This document shows positions 10,024 through 18,158 of a stretch of 64,000 nt of DNA, in pieces. This DNA is from Acidimicrobiales bacterium (GTDB taxonomy: Bacteria > Actinomycetota > Acidimicrobiia > Acidimicrobiales > SZUA-35), in the NCBI GenBank assembly GCA_020628065.1, contig JAHDFR010000005.1:12397-76396 (forward strand), written 5' to 3'. The notes beneath the pieces are model-generated. The model saw nothing but the letters and a program-made list of their open reading frames with translations. It made no database searches and was not told where the DNA came from. How positions within the stretch are numbered: position 1 is the stretch's first letter; each line of letters starts with the position of its first letter. The translations under genes were made by a program, and so were the position numbers.

Positions 10024-10242
10024 ATGCCGTGGTGTGACTCGTGCGACAAGTATCTGGCCCCATCGGCGGCGGCGTCGGACGGGTCATGTCCCGATTGCGG
10101 CTCGAGGCTTGATGCCGGAGATGCCGTCGCTCAAACGGAGCAGCCGATTCCGTGGCACTTCTGGATTGTTGTGGTTGCACTGGTGGCCTACCTCGGATGG
10201 CGGCTGGTCGACGGTGCCCGCTGGTTTCTTGAGCGCACCTAA
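10024..10242 (+). CDS. Small zinc-ribbon protein with C-terminal transmembrane helix (hypothetical)
   Basis: 72 aa from ATG 10024. It has CxxC-x15-CxxC (CDSC ... CPDC) and the hydrophobic helix WHFWIVVVALVAYLGW. The track ORF start at 9922 would run through the tRNA, so I rejected it. Confidence 0.5.
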   Translation: MPWCDSCDKYLAPSAAASDGSCPDCGSRLDAGDAVAQTEQPIPWHFWIVVVALVAYLGWRLVDGARWFLERT

Positions 10243-10329
10243 TCGTTGCCGTCCATTGGTCGCCGTGTTCCAGTCGGTTCGGCGTCAACATGCCGATTGC
10301 CCCCACTACATCGAGTACGGTTGTGGGCA

Positions 10330-11037
10330 ATGTGCGGTCGATTTGTGTCAGCATCGAGCCCGGAAGACCTGGCCGACTATTTTGATGCCGCCATTGATCA
10401 GGCCGCCTTGGGCGCCAACTTCAATGTGGCCCCAACCCATGAGGTTCCGATTGTCCGAGCGGTCGAGCGAGATCGCACGATAAGCGTCGTCCGGTGGGGT
10501 CTGGTTCCGTTCTGGGCCAAGGACCTCAAGATCGGCTCCAAGATGATCAATGCCAGGGCCGAAACGGTGGCCGAGAAGCCGGCCTTTCGAAGCGCCTTCG
10601 CCAAGCGAAGGTGTTTGATTCCTGCGGACGGCTTCTATGAGTGGGCCAAGATTCCGGGGCAGAAGAACAAGCAGCCCTACTACATCTACCGCACCGACGG
10701 CGAGCCTCTCGTGTTCGCCGGTCTTTGGGAGCGATGGAAGCCGAAGGACGACGCCGGAGAAGTTCTAGAGGATGAGCTGGTCGAGACGTTCACTGTTCTC
10801 ACCACCAGCGCCAACGGCGACATGGAGCCGGTTCACAACAGAATGCCGGTCATGGTGCCCCCGACTGCCTGGGACTCGTGGCTTGACCCGGCCACCGATC
10901 AAGATGAGCTTCTCCAATTGGCCGTGCCGGCGCCCGATGGTCTGCTTGAACTGCGTCCGGTGTCGACCGCCGTCAATCGAGTGGCCAACAACGCCGCTCA
11001 TCTGCTGGATGTCGTAGATGTGGCGGAGCAGGGCTAG
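10330..11037 (+). CDS. SOS-response-associated peptidase (SRAP / DUF159, abasic-site processing protein)
   Basis: The N-terminus MCGRF has the obligatory Cys2 nucleophile, which fixes the start at ATG 10330 rather than 10246. Also NARAET and HNRMPV motifs. Confidence 0.85.
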   Translation: MCGRFVSASSPEDLADYFDAAIDQAALGANFNVAPTHEVPIVRAVERDRTISVVRWGLVPFWAKDLKIGSKMINARAETVAEKPAFRSAFAKRRCLIPADGFYEWAKIPGQKNKQPYYIYRTDGEPLVFAGLWERWKPKDDAGEVLEDELVETFTVLTTSANGDMEPVHNRMPVMVPPTAWDSWLDPATDQDELLQLAVPAPDGLLELRPVSTAVNRVANNAAHLLDVVDVAEQG

Positions 11038-12531
11038 ATGGCCGTTCTTCGTCGGGAGGCCAACAGTAGGCGACTGAACCGGGCGGTGGTCAGGGCACAG
11101 GCTCGCCTGGAGGCCGGAATTGGCGATCGGTGGATTCCATCGTTGCTGGCCACCCTGCTCGGGGTTTCGCTTGCGTGGGCGGGCTTGGAACGCATTGACG
11201 GACTGATGACGGGCGACGACTTGGCCGGCTACAGCCAAGCCCTATGGCTTATCACCCAAGGATTCGAGCCGAGAGCCTCGATGTTCGGTACCGGAGTTCA
11301 CCTGCTTGAGCTTCGATGGTCATTCATCATGTACCCGTTGGCTTTGGCCGGGTTGCTGTTTGAGCCGGCCAAAGTGCTTGTTGTCGCCCAGGGCATCGCC
11401 TTGGGGCTGGCTGTCCTCCCCATCTGGGGCCTTGCCCGTCGGGTGGCCAATCTGAGAGTGGGTGCGGCCTCTGCCCTCAGTCTTGCCTACTGCCTGCATC
11501 CGGCTACGCATCGCATCGGGACGATTGACTTTCATCCGGGGGCTCTGGCCATCCCGGCGCTGCTCGGTGCGGCTTACTTCGGAGCGACCAAGAAGTGGGT
11601 GCCCTATTGGATATGTGTCGTCCTGGCACTGTTGTGTCGGGCGGACATTGGTTTGGCCGTGGGCCTATGGGGCGTAGTACTGCTGGGTGATGGTGAGCGT
11701 CGGTCCGGCGTTTGGACGCTCGGCGTGGGACTGGTCTGGTCGTTGGCCTTGCTGCTTGTGGGACAGCCCATCATCGCCGAGCCCGGTCTGGCCGTGGCGT
11801 GGAGTGCATACAACGGACAGACGTTGAGCGACACGGTTCTAGGGTCACTCCGGAGTCCGATGACGTCACTGGGAGACCTACTGACCCAGGACAACATCAC
11901 GCTCGTCGTCTCGCTGCTCACCCCCGTTATCTTCTTGCCCGTTCTTTCGCTCCGTCATTTGCTACCGGTGGCACCGTTGGCCGGGCTGCTGCTGGTCACC
12001 AGCTCTTCGCAGACGCCCTTCGCCGAGCAGTCGGCTGTTCTGTTGGCCTTCGTGATGATCGCCTGTGTCTACGCTCTCAATCGACTGGGAACCATGGGGG
12101 TGGACAGAGTTTTTCTTGATCTCCGGATCCTGTTCGCCCTGGCGGCCGCCAGCGGGTTGTCGTTTGTGGTGTCGTCGCCGATGTCGCCCTACGAGCAGCC
12201 CTGGACCTGGGGAGATCAGGATCCTGTTGATGTGGCCATTCTGGAGGCGATTGATGAGCTCGATGCTGACACTCCCGTCAGGGCGTCGCCGTCGGCTCTG
12301 GTGAAGCTATCGAACCGGCCGTGGTTGTATCCGTTGGCCACTGACATCGCCCCGATAACGAGCAACATGGGTTTTCCGGACTTCACCAGGGCGGTCCTGA
12401 CTGTTGACCGCGATTTGCCGGACCGAACACCGGAGAGCCGTCAGGACTTCGATGCACGGATGGCTCAAGAGCTGGAGTTTGTTCTGCAATATGACAATTT
12501 GGATAATGGCGTCGCCCTCTACGTCCGCTGA
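11038..12531 (+). CDS. Polytopic membrane protein, DUF2079-like
   Basis: 497 aa with many hydrophobic helices. The N-terminal region (YSQALWLITQGFEPRASMFG...HLLELRWSFIMYPLA) resembles the DUF2079 family as I recall it. The ATG directly follows the SRAP stop. Confidence 0.55.
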   Translation: MAVLRREANSRRLNRAVVRAQARLEAGIGDRWIPSLLATLLGVSLAWAGLERIDGLMTGDDLAGYSQALWLITQGFEPRASMFGTGVHLLELRWSFIMYPLALAGLLFEPAKVLVVAQGIALGLAVLPIWGLARRVANLRVGAASALSLAYCLHPATHRIGTIDFHPGALAIPALLGAAYFGATKKWVPYWICVVLALLCRADIGLAVGLWGVVLLGDGERRSGVWTLGVGLVWSLALLLVGQPIIAEPGLAVAWSAYNGQTLSDTVLGSLRSPMTSLGDLLTQDNITLVVSLLTPVIFLPVLSLRHLLPVAPLAGLLLVTSSSQTPFAEQSAVLLAFVMIACVYALNRLGTMGVDRVFLDLRILFALAAASGLSFVVSSPMSPYEQPWTWGDQDPVDVAILEAIDELDADTPVRASPSALVKLSNRPWLYPLATDIAPITSNMGFPDFTRAVLTVDRDLPDRTPESRQDFDARMAQELEFVLQYDNLDNGVALYVR

Positions 12532-13096
12532 GGCCGGCCGATCCTGGGGCCCGATTCTCACCTGGCCCAATGCCTTCACTCTGCTGAGGTTGCTGTGTAT
12601 CCCGCTATTCCTGTGGTTGCTGTTCAGCGTTGAGAACCGTGGGGTTGCGGCGTGGTTGCTGGGACTGCTCGGAGCTACAGATTGGGTTGACGGTTGGCTT
12701 GCCCGGCGACTCGACCAGCGCAGCGAGTTTGGCGCCGCCTTCGATCCGGTTGTTGATCGTCTGCTGTTCGTGGTTGCCGTTCCCAGTCTCATGTTGGTCT
12801 CGTCGATACCTGTAGCTGTGGCGGTGGCGGCGCTATTGCGAGAAGCGGTGACGGTTGTTCTGGCCGTGATAGCAGCAACCAGGGGCCCTTCAAGGATCGA
12901 CGTCACTTGGGAAGGTAAGACGGGTGCGTTCTTGTTAATGTTCGCCGTGCCGATGTTCCTGGGGGCCAGCAGCGAGCTGAGTTACGCTCCCGTCTTGGCT
13001 TGGCTGGCTTGGATCTTCGCCCTGCCCGGCCTGGCCTATGGGTGGTACGCCACAGTCTTTCAGTATTTGCCCCATGTCCGAGGCCGAACTGGTTGA
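12506..13096 (+). CDS. CDP-alcohol phosphatidyltransferase family protein
   Basis: Signature D-G-x2-A-R-x8-G-x3-D-x3-D is present (DWVDGWLARRLDQRSEFGAAFDPVVDR). ATG 12506 is preferred over track start 12404. Confidence 0.8.
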   Translation: MASPSTSAEAGRSWGPILTWPNAFTLLRLLCIPLFLWLLFSVENRGVAAWLLGLLGATDWVDGWLARRLDQRSEFGAAFDPVVDRLLFVVAVPSLMLVSSIPVAVAVAALLREAVTVVLAVIAATRGPSRIDVTWEGKTGAFLLMFAVPMFLGASSELSYAPVLAWLAWIFALPGLAYGWYATVFQYLPHVRGRTG

Positions 13097-13266
13097 TTGC
13101 TCGCCGCCTGTTCTCACACGCTGCGTCCGGACTCATCATGCGGCCTGGTGGGCCGTCGGCTCGCTGACGGGCGTTCGGCCGGGCTTTGATCAGCGCCGGT
13201 CGGCGCCCCGAACTCAGATCTTCGAGCATGTGCAGAGTCAGGTTCGGCTCGGCTAGCGTAGTGGAA

Positions 13267-13647
13267 ATGTTGATACCGGATAATCTTCGCTATTCGACTG
13301 ATCACGAGTGGATTCTCCTTGACGGGAGCCGAGCCAAGGTCGGGATCACCGACTACGCCCAGGACGCACTCGGTGACATCGTGTTCATCGACTTGCCACA
13401 AGTAGGGGCGGAAGTCGAAGTCGGCCAGTCCATCAGTGAGGTCGAGTCAACCAAGTCGGTTTCCGACATCTACGCACCCTTGACCGGAACCGTGGTGGAG
13501 GTCAACGAAGATCTCGGCGACACACCGGACAAGCTCAACTCCGATCCCTACGGTGAGGGCTGGATTTTCGTCGTCGAGTTGGCTGACGCTGCGGCGGTCG
13601 AGTCCCTCTTGGACGCGGCCGGCTACGCCGAATTGACGGAAGGCTAG
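13267..13647 (+). CDS. gcvH: Glycine cleavage system H protein
   Basis: 126 aa from ATG 13267. YSTDHEWI, GITDYAQDALGDIVF and the lipoyl-lysine motif EVESTKSVSDIYAP. Confidence 0.9.
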   Translation: MLIPDNLRYSTDHEWILLDGSRAKVGITDYAQDALGDIVFIDLPQVGAEVEVGQSISEVESTKSVSDIYAPLTGTVVEVNEDLGDTPDKLNSDPYGEGWIFVVELADAAAVESLLDAAGYAELTEG

Positions 13648-13648
13648 A

Positions 13649-14125
13649 ATGGCCTCGAGTTGTCCCAACTGCGGTTACGAGAATCCGGCTGCGGCCCGAT
13701 TTTGTAGTTCGTGCGGCACGCCGCTTCACGACCGCTCGGACGTCGACTCCACCGAGGCATTCGATTTTCCCCAAGATCCCGAATTGGCTGATCTTGATGT
13801 GGATGTTGATTTTCCCGAGGGAACCGTCGGGATGTTTGTCGTCCGTCAGGGTCCAAAGAAGGGGAGTCGCATCGCCCTTGACAGCGAAGAGATCTCCATA
13901 GGACGTCACCCGGAAAGCGACATCTTCCTAGACGACGTCACGGTCTCCCGCCGCCACGCCATGGTGAGACGCAACGGCGGCGGCTACGTGGTGTACGACG
14001 CCGGAAGCTTGAACGGAACCTACATCAACCAGGAACGGGTCGAAGAGCAGGACCTGTCGGATGGCGATGAGGTGCAGGTAGGCAAATTCAAACTGGTCTA
14101 TTTGGCTCTCACTCGACAGGACTAA
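13649..14125 (+). CDS. FHA-domain protein, GarA/OdhI-like, with N-terminal zinc ribbon
   Basis: The FHA core GRHPESDIFLDDVTVSRRHA...GSLNGTYIN...GDEVQVGKFKLVYL is nearly collinear with M. tuberculosis GarA. The N-terminus carries CPNC-x10-CSSC. The gcvH-garA-DUF151-merR synteny is conserved. Confidence 0.85.
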   Translation: MASSCPNCGYENPAAARFCSSCGTPLHDRSDVDSTEAFDFPQDPELADLDVDVDFPEGTVGMFVVRQGPKKGSRIALDSEEISIGRHPESDIFLDDVTVSRRHAMVRRNGGGYVVYDAGSLNGTYINQERVEEQDLSDGDEVQVGKFKLVYLALTRQD

Positions 14126-14215
14126 CGGAAGTGATCGACGCCCCTCACGCCCAAACGGATTTTGCGATCCTGAGCAGCGCCGAGCCCAAGGCGGTCCGGC
14201 GGTTAGGACCTGAAT

Positions 14216-14716
14216 ATGACGGTTGAAATGGAACTTGTCGGGGTCCGGGTACAGATGCCTGCCAACACACCGATTCTGCTTCTCAGAGAATCGACAGGTC
14301 GTCGTCGGATTGTTCCCATCTATATCGGCGGCCCTGAAGCCCACGCCATCGATCTCGCCCTCCAGGGGGAGCCGCCGGCGCGTCCGATGACCCACGATCT
14401 GTTTGCAGAAGTGATCGACGGTCTTGGGGCGGCCCTTGATCGGGTCGTGGTGACCGAGCTTCGAAGCGGCACGTTCTTCGCCGAGCTTCACCTCAAAGAC
14501 GTGTCGGGAGGAAATCAGATCATTTCGGCTCGACCTTCCGACGCGGTGGCGTTGGCCGCTCGGACCGGAAGTCCCATTTTCGCCGACGAAGACCTGGTTG
14601 AGCAGGCCGGTATCGAGGAGCCACAGTCTGATGATCAGGGTGACGAAGAAGAAATGGTCCTCGAGCTGCGTCGATTTCTCGATGAGGTGAATCCCGAGGA
14701 CTTTCTTCCGGATTAA
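14216..14716 (+). CDS. Bifunctional nuclease family protein (DUF151)
   Basis: MELVGVRVQMPANTPILLLRE...IYIGGPEA.AI...RPMTHDL matches the DUF151 family. Its position corresponds to Rv1829 in the conserved cluster. Confidence 0.8.
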   Translation: MTVEMELVGVRVQMPANTPILLLRESTGRRRIVPIYIGGPEAHAIDLALQGEPPARPMTHDLFAEVIDGLGAALDRVVVTELRSGTFFAELHLKDVSGGNQIISARPSDAVALAARTGSPIFADEDLVEQAGIEEPQSDDQGDEEEMVLELRRFLDEVNPEDFLPD

Positions 14717-14777
14717 GTCCGGGCTCGACCCGGCCTGTGAGCTGCTGTCGCTGCAGCATCTCAACCAGGAACCGTGG

Positions 14778-15773
14778 CTAGGGCCCGTCGAGTAGCTCCG
14801 CCACCTCGAGATCGACAAGGGCTTGGCCGATTCTGCGAACACTCATGGCCGCGACCTGTCGAAGGCGGGGTGAAGGCAGCTGCCTCTGGATTAGTAGCAG
14901 GACCAGCAACGCCGGTACTGCGAAGCCGGCTCGGTAGGTCTTGAAGCTCCCTCCGTAGCTTTCCACCAGCGACCGCTCACAAGAACGTCTGGCTGCGGTG
15001 TCCAGGCTCGTTGCCGCCAACCATGACAGGTCGAACTCTCCTGGCTGGATGACCACCTGCTGCCAATCGAAGATGATCGGACGGCCGTCGGGGGCGAACA
15101 CGATGTTGTCTGCACGAGGATCGCCGTGGCATAGAGTCAGATTGTTGTGGTTGGTGTTCTTGCCGCTGATGTTTCCCGCCACGCCCACCAGGCGCTCGAA
15201 TGCTCTCACCGATTCGTCTTCGATGCCATCACCCCACTGGGCTCGCAGTTCGGCCAGTCCGGCATCGAGAGATGCTCTGCCCAACTGTGAGGTGATGGTG
15301 CGGCCAATGGAGGGCAGCTCGATCTCTCCCAGCCTGCTGGCCCAGTGCTGATGGAATCGGCTGAGCACGGTGGACACCGCATGTGCGTCCACTGTGTCCA
15401 ACCCATCCAGTTGATCGGTTCGGCGTAGCCCGGTCAGATCCTCCAAAAGAAACGAAAACCGATCATCGGCGCTGTTGACGATGGCCAAGGATTTCGGTAC
15501 ATCCACGGGTGAACCGGGTAGTAGCCGACGGTAGGCCTCTGCCTCGCGACGGTATGCCCCCGACTTGGCTGCCGCCGTGCCGTTAGGTCCCTCAACCGGA
15601 AGCTTTGCCACCACGTACCTCGGTAGATCAACTGACGCTGTCGGTGGTTCGAGTTGCAGCCGTCGGACGTGGCTGAAGACGCCGTGGTCCTGCCCGGCAT
15701 CCGTGTTGGTCAGGACCGTTGGAACGGGCTGGCCGAAGGCGGCCTGCAGTAGCTCTGTCAGTAGAGGATCCAT
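14778..15773 (-). CDS. Phosphotransferase (APH/choline-kinase-like) family protein
   Basis: 331 aa. Brenner-type catalytic motif LCHGDPRADNIVF followed by IIFDWQ. Confidence 0.7.
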   Translation of the reverse strand: MDPLLTELLQAAFGQPVPTVLTNTDAGQDHGVFSHVRRLQLEPPTASVDLPRYVVAKLPVEGPNGTAAAKSGAYRREAEAYRRLLPGSPVDVPKSLAIVNSADDRFSFLLEDLTGLRRTDQLDGLDTVDAHAVSTVLSRFHQHWASRLGEIELPSIGRTITSQLGRASLDAGLAELRAQWGDGIEDESVRAFERLVGVAGNISGKNTNHNNLTLCHGDPRADNIVFAPDGRPIIFDWQQVVIQPGEFDLSWLAATSLDTAARRSCERSLVESYGGSFKTYRAGFAVPALLVLLLIQRQLPSPRLRQVAAMSVRRIGQALVDLEVAELLDGP

Positions 15774-15804
15774 GAAACTGATCGGTTATCCGATTGAGAG
15801 AAAA

Positions 15805-15855
15805 TTGACGCTGTGCGCGCGAATCATTGACTCTACGCGCGCAGCTTACTACGAT
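15805..15855 (+). promoter_or_regulatory. Candidate merR promoter/operator
   Basis: Lower-GC 196-bp intergenic region. TTGACT (15827-15832), 17-bp spacer, TACGAT (15850-15855). A second TTGAC-n5-GCGCGC copy lies 22 bp upstream. An imperfect inverted repeat GCTGTGCGCGCG / CGCGCGCAGC (15810-15845) brackets the -35. Confidence 0.35.
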
Positions 15856-15969
15856 CATAGACAGGCAAATACGCAGCCCGTAATTACGTTGTTCGTAGTA
15901 TCGCTGCGCGGGGCATGTATCGATGACTTTGGCGGCTACTGCCTTGAAGTGGCGAGGAGACTACATCCA

Positions 15970-16443
15970 ATGTCAGTAGAAGCTAGTTTCTCGGGTAAGC
16001 GCACAGCTGAGATCGTAGGTATCACCTACCGCCAGTTGGACTACTGGGCCCGAACCGATCTGCTTCGTCCGTCGGTGTCCGATGCTCAAGGCTCCGGATC
16101 TCGGAGGCGTTACTCCTACAAGGACCTACTTGAGCTGAAGGTCATCAAGACCTTGCTGGACGCCGGAATCCGGTTGGAGTCGGTGCGTGAGGTCTTTACT
16201 TTCATGCGGGAACAACTGGGTGAAGACATCGCGTCAGCCAATCTGGTCATTCACGGCTCTACGTCTGTGCTCACCCGAAGCGGCGAAGAGTTGATTGATC
16301 TTGTCCGCCAAGGTCAGGGTGTGCTGAACGTTCTGCCTCTGGCCGGTATCAAAGACGAGGTCGACGCCAAGATTGTGGCGTTGAACCCTCAGGCCGGGTC
16401 GGGCGAATCCTCAGCACAGTCGGTCACCGCCGAGTTGGGCTGA
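15970..16443 (+). CDS. MerR-family transcriptional regulator (Rv1830-like)
   Basis: 157 aa from ATG 15970. HTH segment KRTAEIVGITYRQLDYWARTDLLRPS...RRRYSYKDLLELKVIK. The track start at 15565 overlaps the divergent kinase gene and I rejected it. Confidence 0.8.
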   Translation: MSVEASFSGKRTAEIVGITYRQLDYWARTDLLRPSVSDAQGSGSRRRYSYKDLLELKVIKTLLDAGIRLESVREVFTFMREQLGEDIASANLVIHGSTSVLTRSGEELIDLVRQGQGVLNVLPLAGIKDEVDAKIVALNPQAGSGESSAQSVTAELG

Positions 16444-16444
16444 G

Positions 16445-17842
16445 CTACCACAACTGGACCTGGTTCTTTCCGGCCTCTTTGGCTTGGTATAGCGCTTGGT
16501 CGGCGCGGTCGAAGGTTTCGGCGACATCAACCTGGTCGTCATGCAGGGCGACCCCGGCGCTCAGCGTGGTGGAGTGACCGGCGTCGGCCCATCCCCTGAG
16601 GATTCGTTTGGCCACGGCTGCCGGGTCGGCGAAGGCTCGTCGCGCCACAACCAGAAACTCGTCACCACCGAGTCGTGCTGAGGTGTCGGAATCACGAAGG
16701 CATTGCTGTAGGTGGTGTCCGAGGTCCAACAGCACCTGATCACCCGCCGCGTGGCCGTAGGTGTCATTGACCGCCTTGAAGCCGTCGAGATCAAGCAAAA
16801 TCAGCGCATCACCGCCATCGAGCGAGTTGAGCAGGGCGTCGGCATGCTTGCGGTTCCCGATTCCGGTCAGCTCGTCGCGGGTGGTGGCCCGCTCCAACTG
16901 ATTGATGACGAACAGGTGCTCAATTGCGATTCCGACCTGGGTGCCGAACAACCGGGCGAGATCAACGGTGTAAGCCGGATCTTCGTTGGGGACCGGGTGT
17001 ACTACCACCGCTCCGGCAGGAACGTCGGCGGCGGGAAGTGGAAGAACCAGCATGGTCTCACGTCCGGATGGCACAAGACGAGGCTCATCGCCTCCGATTG
17101 CTTCCGCTACCAGTACCGCGGTCTCGGCATCCGGGGTTTCCCCGCTGAAGGGCCCCACGGTGACCGGAATCAGACCGCCGCTGACATCGCGAAGTACAAC
17201 CGTGGACCGGGTCGCTTCGAAGATCTCTCTCGCTGCCTGAGCGACCTCTTCGGCTGCCTCGGGCAGAGTGGAAGGCCGACGGAAACGACGCAGAACGTCG
17301 TCCAGGCGGGCCAATCGTTCGGTACGGGAGGAGAACCACCGGGCGGTTCGAAGGCTTCGGTCGACCAGCGCTGAAATCAGCTCACCGACAGCAGCGGCCA
17401 CCGGCACGCCGATGAGGGGTACGGCTAGACTGACCCGAAAAGCCTCCTGGCGGTTGGCCAGCAGAACGACGCCGATTACCAGTGGGCTGAACAGCAGCGA
17501 GGAGCCTGGCGGCAGCACGAAGCCGATGTAGGCGAGGATGAGTACCGAGGCGGCGGCGAATCCGATGACGGCGTGTGACGTGTCTGCGGCCTGAGCCCAG
17601 TAGATCGAAGCCACCATTGCTCCGAGGAGGGCCAGCGCCGGCAGCAGTCGAAACGGCTGGGCTAGTCGGTCCCAGTCGGTGAAGAACGACCAGATTCCGG
17701 CGAATACCAGGGCCAGGCCCAGGTACAGCACCGAAGTGCCTCGCTGAGCCGGGTCGCGGGCCAAGAAGTCGAGGACGGCCAAGACGGCGCCCATCATCAG
17801 CAGGGTGCTCGAGGCTATTTTGTACCGTTCTCGCCAGAACAA
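16445..17842 (-). CDS. Membrane-bound diguanylate cyclase (GGDEF) with sensory linker
   Basis: About 6 N-terminal TM helices, a GAF-like middle region, and a C-terminal GGDEF domain (DELTGIGNR; RLGGDEFLVV). An RxxD I-site (RDSD) lies 5 residues upstream of GGDEF. Confidence 0.85.
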   Translation of the reverse strand: MFWRERYKIASSTLLMMGAVLAVLDFLARDPAQRGTSVLYLGLALVFAGIWSFFTDWDRLAQPFRLLPALALLGAMVASIYWAQAADTSHAVIGFAAASVLILAYIGFVLPPGSSLLFSPLVIGVVLLANRQEAFRVSLAVPLIGVPVAAAVGELISALVDRSLRTARWFSSRTERLARLDDVLRRFRRPSTLPEAAEEVAQAAREIFEATRSTVVLRDVSGGLIPVTVGPFSGETPDAETAVLVAEAIGGDEPRLVPSGRETMLVLPLPAADVPAGAVVVHPVPNEDPAYTVDLARLFGTQVGIAIEHLFVINQLERATTRDELTGIGNRKHADALLNSLDGGDALILLDLDGFKAVNDTYGHAAGDQVLLDLGHHLQQCLRDSDTSARLGGDEFLVVARRAFADPAAVAKRILRGWADAGHSTTLSAGVALHDDQVDVAETFDRADQALYQAKEAGKNQVQLW

Positions 17843-18158
17843 CTACAGCTCCATGGTGCCGGTGGCGATGCCTAAACAATTGTGTGAAGGTCGTTGACCG
17901 ATGGTGACAATGTCGGTAGAACAAGCCTACGTTCCGTCACCGATGTTCCGCCACCAGGCGTGTCATTGGCAATACGCTAAGTGGCCAACTTTGCCAAGGG
18001 TACTTGACCAGCGAGGCTACGCAGTACGACTGGGTTGTTTATCCAGCTAGGCGATCTTTTTGGTGAAGCGTTGGCGGTTGCGGCCCTGATCGGTCACTTG
18101 CCTTCACATCCACAAGCATGGCGTCCCCGGTCTTCAATCGGGTCTAAGCTCTTCGGCT

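Noticed and set aside
9893-11037. tRNA-Pro as an integration site for a genomic island.
   Set aside because: There is no integrase or recombinase downstream. I found no repeat of the tRNA 3' end (…GTTCGAATCTCCCCAGCCCG) further along. The downstream genes (SRAP, DUF2079, phosphatidyltransferase, gcvH) look like core genes.
13097-13266. Possible glycine riboswitch in the 170-nt region upstream of gcvH.
   Set aside because: The conserved glycine-aptamer elements (GGAGAG, CCGAAGGGGCAA-like, CUCAGGCAAAAGGAC-like) are not present on reading. An Rfam scan would settle it.
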